A model generated the notes under the pieces. It had not been told where the DNA came from and did no database searches. It saw nothing but the letters and a program-made list of their open reading frames with translations. A stretch of 63,764 nucleotides of DNA, counting the filler, from Chiloscyllium plagiosum (lineage: Eukaryota), in the NCBI RefSeq assembly GCF_004010195.1. It is 9 parts of 9 records of this genome, joined end to end, with 100 filler letters (N's around TTAATTAATTAA, not from the genome) between each part and the next. Parts side by side here need not be neighbours in the genome. Positions count along the whole stretch, not along the records: positions 36,305 to 39,128 come from NW_025185198.1; positions 39,229 to 43,459 come from NW_025194841.1; positions 43,560 to 53,626 come from NW_025205100.1; 6 more parts are not named here. One strand, written 5' to 3'. The first letter of the stretch is position 1. Every line of letters begins with the position of its first letter. A program made the position numbers and the translations under genes. Positions 37,781-51,300 of this stretch are shown here, piece after piece.

Positions 37781-38239
37781 TACTAGGTACCGTGCTACTG
37801 GAAATACCCAACAGCTGGCAGTATCCCCGGAGAGAAATCAGTGTGAATCATAGAACANNNNNNNNNNNNNNNNNNNNNNNNNNNNNNNNNNNNNNNNNNN
37901 NNNNNNNNCTGGAAGTTGAAACATCTCATTTACAATTATCTGAATTCTGGAGGCCTCTGAAAATTGGAGGACCATTAAGGTTCAGCGACTTTGGAGTGTT
38001 ACAGCTGAGTATTTATGTAAATATGATTTGAGAAATGAACAAGTAATCTTTAACTTTAATAACTATCAAACTGACACGCAGTTCACCACCAAACCTCACC
38101 TTTCAGACTAACCACTGCACTTACTCTGCCTTGACCTAAATTTCCACTCACATTGAGAAACCCTACCCGGCTATACACCCACTCATGCCCGGAACACACA
38201 ACCCCTATCACACGAAACACATCCAAGGCAATCCATATT

Positions 38240-38882
38240 GGTAGTGTAGCTGAGCAGAGAGATCTCGGTGTCCATGTACATAGATCCCTAAAAGTTGCCA
38301 GCCTGTTTGATAGAGTTGTTAAGAAGGCATACTTTCTGTTGGCTTTCATCGATAGAGGGACTAAGTTTCAGAACCACGACGTTAGGCTGCAGCTGGACAA
38401 AATTCTGGTATGGCCGAACTTGGGAGTATTGTGTACTGTTCTGGTCACCACATTATAGAAAGAATGTGGAAGCTTTGGAAGAGTTCAGAGGAGGTTTACC
38501 AGGATGTTGTTTGGTATGGCGGGAAGGTTTAATGAGGAAAGGATGAGGGTCTTGAGGCTGTTTTTATTTGAGAGAAGAAGGTTGAGAGGTGACTTAATTG
38601 AGACATAAAAGAGTGTGGACAGTCAAAGTCTTTTTCCTTGAATAGTGATGGCTATCAGGAGAGGACATAGATAACAGATGCCAGAGGTTGTTTCTTTACT
38701 CAGAGAGTAGTAGGGCCATGGAACGCACTGCCTGCAACAGTAGTACACTCGCCAACTTTAAGGGCATTTAAAACGTCATTGGATAAACATATGGATGAAA
38801 AGGCATCAAATTGGTTCCACAGGTCGGCGCAACATTGAGGGCTGAAAGGCCTGTACTGCACCGTAATGTTCTATGTTCTATA
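38240..38882 (+). mobile_element. CR1 LINE 3' fragment
   Basis: GSVAEQRDLGVHVHRSLKVA; EYCVLFWSPHYRK; (gttctat)n tail. Confidence 0.85.
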
Positions 38883-39228
38883 TTCCAGGTGGACATATGA
38901 TCTCAATTCCTTTCACTCATTTACACTCCTGCCGCCCTGCACCTGGCCCATGGTGAATCTGGCCCTGACTGGACCTGGCACCATCATTTTCACAACCTCT
39001 GACAAAAGCCCACTACCAAAGACATGACCTCAGCCCTTGTTCACAAACCTCTCATCTTACCCATGTCAACCTATGCACATTGAATCCTAGCTCCGTTCGC
39101 ATCTGTGCTTTACAACCTACCATTTTGCNNNNNNNNNNNNNNNNNNNNNNNNNNNNNNNNNNNNNNNNNNNNTTAATTAATTAANNNNNNNNNNNNNNNN
39201 NNNNNNNNNNNNNNNNNNNNNNNNNNNN

Positions 39229-40710
39229 ATTGCTGGACCCCTTGCTGAGATATGTGTATCATTGACAACTATGGGTAAGGTGCTGGAGAACCAGAGAGGT
39301 TGGCTAATGTTATGCCATTATTTGATAAAGACTGTAAGGAAAAGCCAGGGAACTATAGACCAGTGAGCCTGATGTCAGTGCTGGGTAAGATGTTGGAGTG
39401 GATTCTGTGGGATAGGATTTACATTCTTTGGATAGTCAATGTGGTTCTATGCATAGGAATTCATGTCTCCTGAATTTGATTGAGGAGGTGACAAAGAAGA
39501 TTGATGAAGACAGAACAGTAAACATTGTCTATATGGACTTTAGTAAAGTGTTTGACAAGGTTCCACATGATAGACTGGTCAGTAAGGTTAGACCACATGG
39601 GATCCAGAGGGAGTGAGCCATTGGGGTAAAAAAATTGGATTGAAAATAGGAGACAGAGAGTGGTGGTAAAGTGTTTTTCAGACTGGAGATCTGTGAATAG
39701 CTGTGTGCCACAAGCATTGGTGCTGGGTTCACTGCTTTTGTCATTTAAAGAAATGATTTGGATGTGAATATAGGAGTTTCAGTAAGTTTGTAGATGACAT
39801 CAAAATTGGTGGGACATTGGATAGTGAAGAAAATCATTTCAGGGTACAGTGGGACCTTGATCAGATGGGGCAATGGGCAGAGGTGTGGCAAATCGAGTTC
39901 AGTTTAGATAAATGTGAGATGTTGCATTTTGGAAAGGCAAACTAGGGCAGGAGTTATACAGTTAATGGGAGGGCCCTGTGAAGTGTTGCTGAACACAGAG
40001 ACCTAGGGGTGAAGATGCAGGTGCATTATTCCCTGAAAGTGGAGCCTCAGGGAGACAGGTTGATGAAGAAGGTATTGGGTACACTTGCCTTTATTGGTCA
40101 CTGCATTGAGTACAGGAGTTGGGACATCATGGTGCAGCTGTATAAGAGATTGGTGAGGCCACTTTGGGAATAATGTGAACAATTCTGATCATTCTGCGAT
40201 AGGAAGGATGTTGTTAAACTTAAAAAGCTGCAGAAAAGATTTACAAGGACATGGCCAGGAATTGGAGGGTTTGAGCTAAAGGGAAAGGCTGAAGAAACTG
40301 GGGCTATTTTTCCTGCAGCATTCAAGGCTGAGGGATGGTCTTATAGATGTGTATAAAACCATGAGGGGCATGGACAGGGTGCATATCCAAGATCTTTTCC
40401 TTGGGAAAGGGAGTCCAAAACAAGATGGCGTAGGTTTAAGGTGAGAGGCCAAAGATTCAAAAGGGACCTGAGGGGTAACTTGTCACACAGAGGGTGGTAT
40501 GTGTATGGATCGAGTTGCCAGAGAAAGTGTTGGAGGCAGATACAATTACAGCATTTAAAACACATTGGGATAGGTACATGGATAGGAAGGGTTTTGAGGG
40601 ATGTAAGCCAAACGCTTGGCAAATGGGATGAGGTCAGTTTAGGATATCTGGTTAGCATGGACAAGTTGAACTGAAAGGTCTGTTTCCACACTGTATAACT
40701 CCATGACAAT
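39229..40710 (+). mobile_element. CR1 LINE RT to 3' end, degenerate
   Basis: YMDFSKVFDKVPH; colinear with 10140-11590. Confidence 0.88.
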
Positions 40711-41109
40711 GAGAGGCCGGAAAAGCTGAGACNNNNNNNNNNNNNNNNNNNNNNNNNATTGAGAAGGAGAGGGCACAGATTTAAAGTAATTAGTGAGAGA
40801 ATCAAAAGTGAGATGAGGAAAAACATTTTCAGCCAGTGGGTGGTTAAGGTGTGGAATGCACTGCCTGAGAGTGTGGTGGAGGCAGCTTCAATTGAAACAT
40901 TCCGAAGGGAATGAGACTGTTATTTGAAAAGGAACAATGTGCAGGGTGACAGGGAGAAGGCAGGAGAATGACACTCAGTGAATTGCTCTTTCAGAGAACC
41001 AGTACCGACAGGATGGGTGGAATGGCCTCCTTGTGCACTGTAACAATTCTGTGATTGTGTGATTGAGCAGAGTTAAAGCTGGGGGAGTTGGGAGCTCGGT
41101 GTCTCACTG

Positions 41110-41138
41110 TGCTGCTGCTGCTGCTGCTGCTGCTGCTG
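41110..41138. repeat. (CTG)n microsatellite in the IgL J-C intron
   Basis: Directly visible. Confidence 0.9.
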
Positions 41139-41511
41139 AGGTCAGTGAGTTCAGAGACTGGGACAGGGAGCCAGAGCTCACATCAAACTCTGCCCGTGTC
41201 CGTCACACTGAGACTGGCAGGAGGCTACTCACTGATTTCATTCCATGCTGCAGGAATGGGACCACAGGATGCAAATGGATAGAGCTCCTCCACACGGTGA
41301 GTAAAACTAACTGAATTATATCTTGTTTTTTAAAGGGAGCAATGGAACTAAAGAAATACAGCTGGACATCCTGTTAGACACAGTGCTCCTCAATTAACCA
41401 TTTCATTCACTGCAGCTCCCCACTAACACCTTCAACAATTCAGCAACTGTATTTTAGAAATTGTGTTTCAGTATTGACAGGGTTAATAACGGAGGATTGA
41501 GGTTAACTTAC

Positions 41512-41546
41512 TCAGTCTGAGCTTGGTTCCTTTACTGAACGTAAGC
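41512..41546 (-). CDS. Ig light-chain J segment (LTFSKGTKLRL)
   Basis: 35 nt between the RSS heptamer and a GTAAGT donor. The donor phase fits the C exon at 56643. Confidence 0.92.
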
Positions 41547-41582
41547 CACAGTGAGAGCTAGTGGAAAGGCTGTACAAAAACC
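41547..41582 (+). promoter_or_regulatory. J-RSS with perfect heptamer/nonamer but 20-bp spacer
   Basis: CACAGTG 41547-53, spacer 41554-41573, ACAAAAACC 41574-82. Confidence 0.88.
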
Positions 41583-42009
41583 TCTGATCTCTGCTTCCCC
41601 CCATCACTCTCAACCTCTCCCAGTCTCTCATTCACTCTCACCCTCTTTCTGCCCCTCTCTGTCTTTCCCTCATTCATGTGTCTTTGTGTCTCTGTCTCTG
41701 TCTCTCTGGGTTGTGTGCAGCTGGGCTTGGGAGAGTTGTGAAATTCGATGTTAAATCTTGCAGCTGCCCTTCACATGTGGCCATAGAATGTAAGAGGGAA
41801 ACGTGAGGCCTTCAGTGAGCGGTGGACACTACAGGGACTGGAGTGTGTCGTGGACAGTGACAATCCCAGCATGGGGTAATTTGCTCAGTTTCATTTATAT
41901 CTAACTGTCGGATACGTCAGTTCAGGTGGTGGGACTGTGTGTGTCCAGTATTATACATTTTATATTATTCTGGGATATGTCAGTACAGGAGGTGATGCTG
42001 TGTTATTGA

Positions 42010-42037
42010 GGTTTTTGTACGGATCTGTATCACTGTG
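42010..42037 (-). promoter_or_regulatory. V-RSS (12-bp spacer), consensus
   Basis: Minus strand CACAGTG-12 nt-ACAAAAACC. Confidence 0.95.
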
Positions 42038-42569
42038 AAGGCCAGCTGTAATGCTGCTGACAGTAATAGTCAGCAACATCCTCATTCTGAACGTTGCTGA
42101 TTTTCAGAGTAAAACTGGTCCCTGATCCACTACCGGTGAATCGATTGGAGACTCCTGTGAATCGAGTTGTTGCACTGTCGATCAGGAAAGAGGGTTTCTG
42201 ACCTTCTCGCTGCTGGTACCAAGCAAGGTAGCTGCTAATGCTTTGACTGGCCGTACAGGTGATGGTTGCGGTCTGGCCCAGTCCTACTGACAGCACCGGG
42301 GGAGACTGGGTCATGGTGATGTCCCCACTGATACCTGAGGGGTCAGAGAGAAACACAGTGAAGTCAGAACTGTCACAGAAAGAGCCTTTCAAATGAGAGA
42401 TTGTTGGAGACACTGAGCATTCCTCTGGTTTCAGCATTTTCCCTTCAATCACAAGTCAGTGGAATTGGAGTGAAATGGAGAGCAGCTAAAGATTCAAGGT
42501 GGAAGGAGAGAGATTTGTACCTGCGACACAGAATGCCAGGGGCCAGATCAGCTGGATGTGTGAAATCAT
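42038..42569 (-). CDS. Ig light chain V gene (kappa/type III, NS4-like), unrearranged, open frame
   Basis: Leader 42569-42521 [16 protein letters not shown]; V exon 42334-42038 [52 protein letters not shown]; V-12RSS orientation is kappa-like. Confidence 0.95.
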
Positions 42570-42629
42570 GGTGTGTGCTCCTGTCCCTGTGCCTGGTTCC
42601 TGATAAACTATCCCTTCACTGGGCTCTGC

Positions 42630-42683
42630 TTTATAAAGCTGCAGCTTGTGAGAGTTTGACTGGGTGTTCCTCAGTATGTAAAT
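42630..42683 (-). promoter_or_regulatory. IgL promoter: TATA and octamer variant ATTTACAT
   Basis: Paralogous to 19103-19156. Confidence 0.7.
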
Positions 42684-44522
42684 GGCATCGGGCAGAGACA
42701 GCCACATCAGTCTTTCGCACTTCCTCGTCTCTCTCTCTTTCTCACTGTCTCAGAGAGTCATTGATGTGAACAGCAGTGAATGAGGCCATTTGGCCCATTG
42801 TATCTGTGCTGTTAAACAGCGATCTGATGACACTAATCCCATCCTCCAGCTCTTGGCCCATTACCCTGGAGCCGACAGCAACACAAGGGAATATCTAAAC
42901 ACTGCTCCAATGTCACGAGAGTTTGTGAGTCAACCAGCCTTTCAGTCAGTGAGTTCCAGACTCCCACCACCCTCTGGGTGAAAACAGTTCGCCTCAACTC
43001 ACCTCTCTCTCTCGAACTCGACTGGGCCTGGATTCACTCGAATTCAGATGGATGTATAAAATTCTAACAGGGCTGGGCAGGGAGGAGGTTTCCCCTGGAT
43101 GGGGAGTCTGGAACCAGGGGACACAGTCTCAGAGGGATATGGGGTAGACCATTTCGGACTGAGATGAGGAAACATTTCTTCATACAGAGGGTGTTCAACC
43201 TGTGGAATTCTCTTCACTGAAGGCTGTGGAGGATAAGGAACTGAATATGTTGAAAAAAGAGAGAGAGATAATTGTGTGCATTTTAACAGCACGAAGGGAA
43301 TAGGGAGAAAGCAGGAATATGGCTTTGATACTGAATGACAGAGCAGGCTCAAAGGGCCGAATGGTCAACTCCTGCAGCAGTTTCTATGTGTCCATGTCTG
43401 TGTTACCTTCAATCTCTGACCCAGATTATTGAGTCCTTGTCTCATGCAAAAAGTGCCTTNNNNNNNNNNNNNNNNNNNNNNNNNNNNNNNNNNNNNNNNN
43501 NNNTTAATTAATTAANNNNNNNNNNNNNNNNNNNNNNNNNNNNNNNNNNNNNNNNNNNNCGCTGTATTCTTCTATGTTCTATGTTCTATCATTGCTGTGT
43601 TTGCCATTGCCATTTATGGTGCTGAGGACAATGCCTTGTGGTCTGTCCAGTTTCATTTCTTTGTTGAGAATTTGTAGTGATTGAAATGACTAAATGGCTT
43701 GCTAGACCATTTCAGAGGGTGTCTGGAGGTGTGTGTAGTTTAGACCAGGTGAGGATGGCAGAATTCCTTTCTTGAAGGGCATTAATGAACCAGATGGATT
43801 GTTCCAAACAGCCAACAATGGTTTCATGGTCATCAGTAAATTCCAGTTAATTCCAGTTTTTTTAAATTCAAGTTTTATCAACTGCCATCGCAGAATTTGA
43901 AACAGGGTTCTCAGACTAGCTGAGTTTCTGGATTAGCAATATTACCACTTCCATCACCTTCCCTTAGGTATGAACGAGGTGTGCCCCAGGTCTATTCCAG
44001 GCTGACAGACTGCATGTGTTCCAGGTTAGATATAGAGCCGGTGTGTTCCAGGTTACTGTACCAGGTTAGTAATAGACCGGGTGTGTCCCAGGTTACTGTT
44101 CCAGGTTAATGATCTTCTGTTTAATATTCCAATCCTTGGATTGTGTCCCATACTGACTCCATCGAGTATCTGAGTGAGTCTGTCCTGTGTTTACTCCCTG
44201 TTCTGAGAGGCTGCAGCAGCTAATTCTGACCCAGTTGAATCTGATTCTGTTTATTATATCAGACAGGATTTTGACAATGGGATAAAGTGGCGACTTATTG
44301 AAGATTGTCGCTATTTGGATGCAACCTCACCTTTTGCTGATGTTTATTAGCCTGTCCCTTAAATGTGCCTTCCAAACATTAACATGTTTAAGATGGTTTT
44401 CAAGGTAGTCTGACATTAGTGATTTTCCTGAGTTTTGCGGTGTTATTATTGTCAGTGGAGCCTGTTAATATGATGTTGTTTCTGTCGGTGATTAGTAATC
44501 AGTTCCTTTCTTTGATTTACAG

Positions 44523-47518
44523 CTACAAACAACCATGCTATGATTTACACAATTGTTTCTGGAATTAATGATTTTCCTGAAGCTACAAGCACTGCAATGG
44601 TCAATGGAGTTACAATAGGTTATCGTGACAGCAAAACCCATCGATGCATCCCCAGGCAGCAGTTCATAAAAGAATATGTTGACATGAAATTCTGGGATTA
44701 CATCACAGACCTTGTGATAGAGCATACAGAAATGGCAAACAAAACTCTGAATGTGATAACGAAGAGGACAAACCAGACATCGGGTAAGATCAGGCATGTC
44801 GGAAATTCCCTGTTTGTTGTCCCTTTTCATCACAAAACCTAATCCATTCCCCAGCACTGACTGCTGGGCTCCAGGGCTGAGAAGGACATGTATTTGTGCT
44901 TCTCCTGTTTCCTTGAATCTTTTCTCCATCACCTGCTCAGCCCTGACATTTACCCCACTCCTCACATCCTTGGGTATTGAAGAATGGGAACCAATGTTAC
45001 AGAAGAGCCAAATTGTTTTACGTACTTTCAGCAAAACTTCTTGGCTTTGGTGCTGCATTCCTGTATTTAAAACACTCATTAGAAGCTTAGGTTTCAGTTT
45101 GACTCACTTTATCACCACAGCCGAGTCAGACAGTGACACAATTTCATAGAAACATTGAAGGTAGGTGCAGGGATAGGCCATTTGTCCCTTTGAGCCTCCA
45201 GCACCACTCAATATGATCATAGATCATCATGCAATCTCAGTGTCCAAATCCTGTTAAATTACACTCTGCATTGTGTGATAAATATTTTCTCATTTCAATT
45301 TGAACAAATCAGATTTACAACTGCCACAGGGACATGGAATAGGACAGCAAATTATTGCAGATACTGGAATTCTGAAATATAAATTCCAAATTCTGGAAAT
45401 CCCCAGTAGGTCAGGCAGTATCTGTAATGAGAAAAAGAGAGTCAAAGCTTCAGGTTCAAGATCTGCACCAATCCTGAAGAAGGGTCTTGCTTCTCGCTGC
45501 ACAGATACTGAGAGACTTGCTGAGCATTGTCAACACTTGCCATTTTCTCCTGGAGCAAAACAACCTCTTTGTCCATCCTGCAAAAAGCCATCAGAGCTCC
45601 TCATTCTCCAACAGCAAGAAACCCAGAGGCAGCTGCTTGGGGTCTCGTTTAGCACAACTTTAAACTTTAATTTTATATCATGTTAATGTATGAAGTAAAC
45701 ATTCACAACTTGCTCAGCAATCAAACTAGACAAAGCAATACATTGACAGCTTGTTACAAATTGAGTAATTGATAAAAATAACCAAAGAAATGTGTGAAGG
45801 TGCAGAGCGAACTAAAACTCTTGTCTTTTTGCTTAAGAAGCAGAGCTGGAAGGGGACAGCCTGAGGCTCAGATCTGGGTCATCAGGGAGGGGGAGGTGAT
45901 TCAATAAAGAGTTGGGTTTAAGTAACACTGAGTTTACATTCTCCTCTGGTGCTGCACTCTCTGAGCTGCTGTAGATGGAATTCATACAAAAGAAGGTGTA
46001 GGAAGTGGGTTTCCCTCCCAACTGGGTTTTCTTCCCCTCCTGGTCCAGGGTTCACACAGTGGGTCACACACCAACAGTCCCCTACTCCCACATTATACCA
46101 TTGTGAAGGAGAAGGTTGATTTGGGAGATGGTTGACTCAGACCCTCACACCAGCCAGAAACAGTCCATTGTTAATTTTCTTGAAATAGTGTACATGTGGT
46201 CAGGTCAAGTTCAAATGAAAAAAATAGTTTTGGTAACTCACTGGAAATATGTTTGGTAAGAGCATTCTAAGTGTATCACAGAAATATAATACTCACCAAA
46301 ACAGAGAAAATTAGTTTGTAAATGAACAGAAAGTGAAGAATGAAGAAATATAAAGAGATCATAAAGAAGTTGATAGGGCAATTATTCATGAACTGCATAC
46401 TATTTGTAGTTCAGACATTTCCCAATCAGTAATCATACAACCAGTGAATTGAGGATAGGAGGACATCAAAGAGAAATATTTGAGTGGTCACGGTCCATTC
46501 ATGGAGGCTGACAGGGTGGTAACGGACAGATATTGACTACATTCCCCCAGAATGCAGCCTGTGATTGAAATAAATGACAACATGGACTAGAACAATGACT
46601 CCAGGACAGTGGGAATGTGAGCACTCGAAGCATGTTGCATATTTGCTGCAGGTTGAGGTGTGAGACAGCAGCTGGAGAAAGGGTCAGTGCTGTCTGAGTC
46701 TGGGACCCTCTGACAGCACAGGCCCTGGGGATTAGCACCGTGTGTAACCCCCTCTCCCTGGGCCTGATACAGGATCCCCATTCACCTTTGATCAGATTGT
46801 TCCTCTGGTTAATTATTAATTTTGTTTAACTGTTTGATCACCGATAGGAATTCACACTTTTCAACGGATAACTACTGTTGAGGTCAGTGATGACGGCAGC
46901 ATTAAGAGATCGATGAGATTTGGATTTGATGGAAAGGACTTTATCAGTTTAGACCCAGACAGAATGAGATGGATCGCATCCAATCCCATTGCAGTGATGA
47001 CTAAAGAGAAATGGGATTCTGATGAATCCTGGAACAATTATTGGAAAGTACATCTGGAAGAGGTACTTGTTCAACATTTAAAGAGATATCTGGAAGCTGG
47101 AAAGCAGTATTTTGGAAGGAAAGGTGTGTATTTCAGTTCTGTTCCATGTTCTGATCTAACCTCACTGATCTCTGAAACCGTTCTCCCATTCCATTCAGTA
47201 TCTGTCTGTTGTTTGTGATTTCACCCTTTCCCATCACAGTTCAGCCTGAAGTGTTCATCTCCAGGAGGGAGCCCAATGGTCAGAACAAGCCGCTCACTCT
47301 CTCCTGCCTGGTCACTGGGTTTGATCCTGTAGACATCGAGGTGACCTGGCTAAGGAATGGAGAGGTCATGTCTGAGACCCAATCCTCGGGGATACGACCA
47401 AACCACAATGGGACCCATCAGATCCAGAAAGAGATTGAGATCAATGCTGGGGATGAGGATCAATACTCCTGTCAAATTGAACACAGCAGCCTGGCAGAGG
47501 CCCAGCTCTATCAATGGG
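44523..47518 (+). CDS. Nonclassical MHC class I heavy chain (alpha1, alpha2, alpha3 exons; leader and TM not seen)
   Basis: alpha1 44523-44783 (SGINDFPE..VNGVTIGYRDS..PRQQFI..FWD..RTNQTS), alpha2 46848-47123 (GIHTFQR..FGFDGKDFISLD..TKEKWD..LKRYLEAGK) and alpha3 47240-47518 (VQPEVFIS..LSCLVTGFDP..WLRNG..PNHNGTHQ..YSCQIEHSSL). All are phase 1, GT-AG and open. Confidence 0.93.
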
Positions 47519-48307
47519 GTAAGGGACTGGAGTGTGTCTGTGTGTCTGTGTGTGTGTGNNNNNNNNNNNNNNNNNNNNNNNNNNNNNNNNNNNNNNNNNN
47601 NNNNNNNNNNNNNNNNNNNNNNNNNNNNNNNNNNNNNNNNNNNNNNNNNNNNNNNNNNNNNNNNNNNNNNNNNNNNNNNNNNNNNNNNNNNNNNNNNNNN
47701 NNNNNNNNNNNNNNNNNNNNNNNNNNNNNNNNNNNNNNNNNNNNNNNNNNNNNNNNNNNNNNNNNNNNNNNNNNNNNNNNNNNNNNNNNNNNNNNNNNNN
47801 NNNNNNNNNNNNNNNNNNNNNNNNNNNNNNNNNNNNNNNNNNNNNNNNNNNNNNNNNNNNNNNNNNNNNNNNNNNNNNNNNNNNNNNNNNNNNNNNNNNN
47901 NAAGGTTGCCAACCTGGGGAAGGGGGAAGTAATAAGGGTGGAGCACAGCTGGGCAGTGGTCTGGCACAGTAAGAGAGATTGGGTAATTAGGAGTCTGGAG
48001 AGATGACCTCACTCAGCTCAAAGGGTATAACTGGACACTAACCTAAATTCTAATTTGCTCATTTGCTTATGCAATTGAAGCCCTTACTTGCAAGTTTGTA
48101 ATAAATTGTTTTGTTTCCAGTTTTGGTGGCCTCGTCTAAATTTTATTGAATTTTGTTTCTAACAGCGCTCACAGCATTTTGGTTAGAAAACTCCAGATTT
48201 CCATTAGCGAATTTCTGAGGTAGTGTTTCTTGATTTCTCTCTTAAATAATTTCGCCCTAATTTGAAGGTGGGTCCCCTTGTCCTGGATTCCAGCACCAGA
48301 TTATTCC

Positions 48308-51300
48308 TGTAGTGATTATACCAAGGTCAGTCAGCTGCATTGTGTCAATAAGAGGTCTCAGATTGGGCCGTTAACCTGATCCAATCAGGGAGTCCTGACT
48401 GACATTAAAAAAAGGGTGAGTGTCAGAGGTATTGAGGGTCTGGCGGCTGACTCTGAATGAGGTGCTATTAACGTCAAGGACGGGTCATGTGTAAATAAAG
48501 GGTGGCTTGCGAGGTGAATACTAGCTTCTGTAGGGTTATTTCAGTGGCGATGGGGGTAAAGCACGATCCTGAAGAAACTTGCTCACAACAGGCACCTTTC
48601 AGTCAGGGAAGCATTTGTTTGGGAAACTTGACTCATCAATCCTGCGATCAAGGACTGGGCCCAGTTTGTGAAAATAATGCGGCACATTGTCTGGGCAAAT
48701 GACATTGTGGCAGACGAAAAGCAACAAGTAATTCTCCTGACAGCCTGTGGAGCCGCAGCTTATTCTGTTATTAGGATCCTAGCTTTTCCTGAGGCACGAG
48801 ATACTAAACCTTTCAAGAATTAAAGGAGATAATTCAGGATTATTATGAGCAAAGGTTTCCTCTGATTCAGAGATAATATCATTTTTATTGTGCAATTCAA
48901 GAACCAGGAGTATCCACATCGGGATTCCTGACTCGGTTAAAAAGACTGACAGAAGCATGTGAATTTGGTTTAACCTTTAGTGAGATGTGTAGAGAATGAT
49001 GTGTGGAATTAATGATAAAACTATGATGTAATTAATGATGTAATTATGCAAAAACACTTACTGGCTGAAGCCCAACTGGACTTCAAGCAGGCACTACAAC
49101 TGGCTTTATCATTGGAAAATACAGCAAATGGAGCTCATGAGTTACAGGATATTCCAATGGAAGTGGATCCCTCGACAATCCGACTGAACTTGGGGAACAC
49201 CGCCAGAGTGCAGGCAATTGCATAGCCTCACTCAGGACACATCAATCAGAGGGACTTGAGGTTGGCTCACAGCAAAACTCCAAGCCAAGCCCCGGCAAAT
49301 GGTTAGAATTTTCTTCAAGATCCTGGCCATCAAGCCATTGTGCTTTCTGTTGGTACATGGAATTGAGACAGCAAAACAGCCCTATTGGGCTTAAACTGAG
49401 TGAGATAACTTATAGGCCAGTATCCTGGAGGGTAACCTGAAAAATCCATCCATATCTGGTTTGGAACAGTTAAATTGCTTCTTAACATCAAAATCAGAAC
49501 CAACCAATTTAAATGTCTGGTGAAATGATCATTCTGTTCTGATGGAGGTCGATCCGACTGCAGCTGTATCAGTGATCCCAGAACCAGCCTTTAATATGAT
49601 TCACTCTGAACTCCAACCTTTAACTTTGCACAAGATCTTGGCCAGACTGAGAACCTAAACTGAGGAAGCTTCAGAGAATAGGGGTACAACTTCAGTTCCG
49701 CTCTTTCACGGAAGGCAGCTGGTTCAGTGACCAAATAATTGTGCTAAAAGCTTCAAATCCAAGCTTAATGGGGAGAAATCAGTTGTGAGAGATTCACCTG
49801 AATGGCTCAATATGTTTCAATTAGAAAATGGCTGCTTGAGTGAAATTCAATTTAATTACCTGCAGGTCATCCAGGAAGATCTAGGGGTTATCAGAGGAGC
49901 CAGGCCACCTGGCATGTTGACCAGGAATCAATCCCATGATGCTGTAAGGCCTGCCCAGTGCCATTGGCCTTACAGGCAAAAGTCAAGGCAGAAATTAAAA
50001 GGCTGGAAAGTGAAGGAATTATCAAACCAGTCCAGTTTGTGGAATAGGCAGCAGTGATTGGAATGGTTCTGAAGCCCAGTGGGTCGGTTTGCCTTTGTGG
50101 GGATTTTAAACAAAGTGCAAACTGCTTTTGACAGCAGAATAGATAACCAGCCCCTCAGGATTTGTGCACAACGTTGATGCAGGATGGGAGTTCTCCTTCA
50201 CAAAGCTGGACATGAGCCATACTTACTTGCAATTGTGATTAGACCAGGTTCCCAGACATATGCTCCAATCAATATCCATCAGGGATTGTACCAAGATACA
50301 AGACTGCCATTTGAGGTATTGTCAGCCTGTTTGATCTTTCAGTGGACAATAGAGAACATCTTGTATGGTCTACCCCAGGTCGCCATTTACTTAGATGGTA
50401 AATTAGCCAATAACAGGGAAAACTAATAAGGAGCAGTCAGAGAACTGGATATAGTCCGAAGGTGGTTTTTCAAGGCAGGCATTTGCCTAAGAAGGGAAAA
50501 ATATGTATCCCAAATGATCTACTGGGATACAGATTCGACAACTCTGGGTTACACCTGTTGGAAGATAAAGTGAGGGAGATCAAAGGTGCTCTGGTTCCTA
50601 CGTCTGTCCAGGAACTTACGTCATATCTTGGGCTGGTAAATTATTTTGGAAAGTTTGTACATAACCTGGCCTCCGTCCTGGCAACGTAACATCAACTCGT
50701 GGCAGAAAGGATCAGCCTGGGAAATGGTTGCAAACATAAGACCGAGCTTTCAATGAAGGAACGATACAACTGTCATCCTCGAAGGATTGGCACTCTATGA
50801 TCCCAAGAAAGATCTAGTGTTGACATGCAATGTCTCCCCACACATTTCATTTTAGAGATCCCTGGTGGAGTTCAGCTAGAGTTTGAAGTAATGATACAAC
50901 TGTCTTCCTCGAAGGATTGGCTCTCTGTGATCCCAAGAAAGATCTAGTATTGACATGTGATGTTTTCCCGCACAGCATTGGAGTTGTATTAACTCATGGT
51001 GGCTCAGTGGAGAGGAACATCCAAGAGCATATATACATTTAGGACTTTGGCCAATGCAGCACGTAAATACACCCAGATACAGAAGGAAGAATTGATGGTC
51101 ATATTTGGAGTCAGGACATTCCACCAATACCTTTGTGAATTAAAATTTGTGATAATCATGGACTACTTGGTGTGCTTAGAGAGGACAAGGCAGAGCCACC
51201 CTGTAATTTTGGGCCACCTTCAATGGTGGGTTCTAATACTAAGTGCTTACAATCGCAAGCCAGAACACCGCCTGGGAGGCTGAGTAGCGAATGTGGATGC

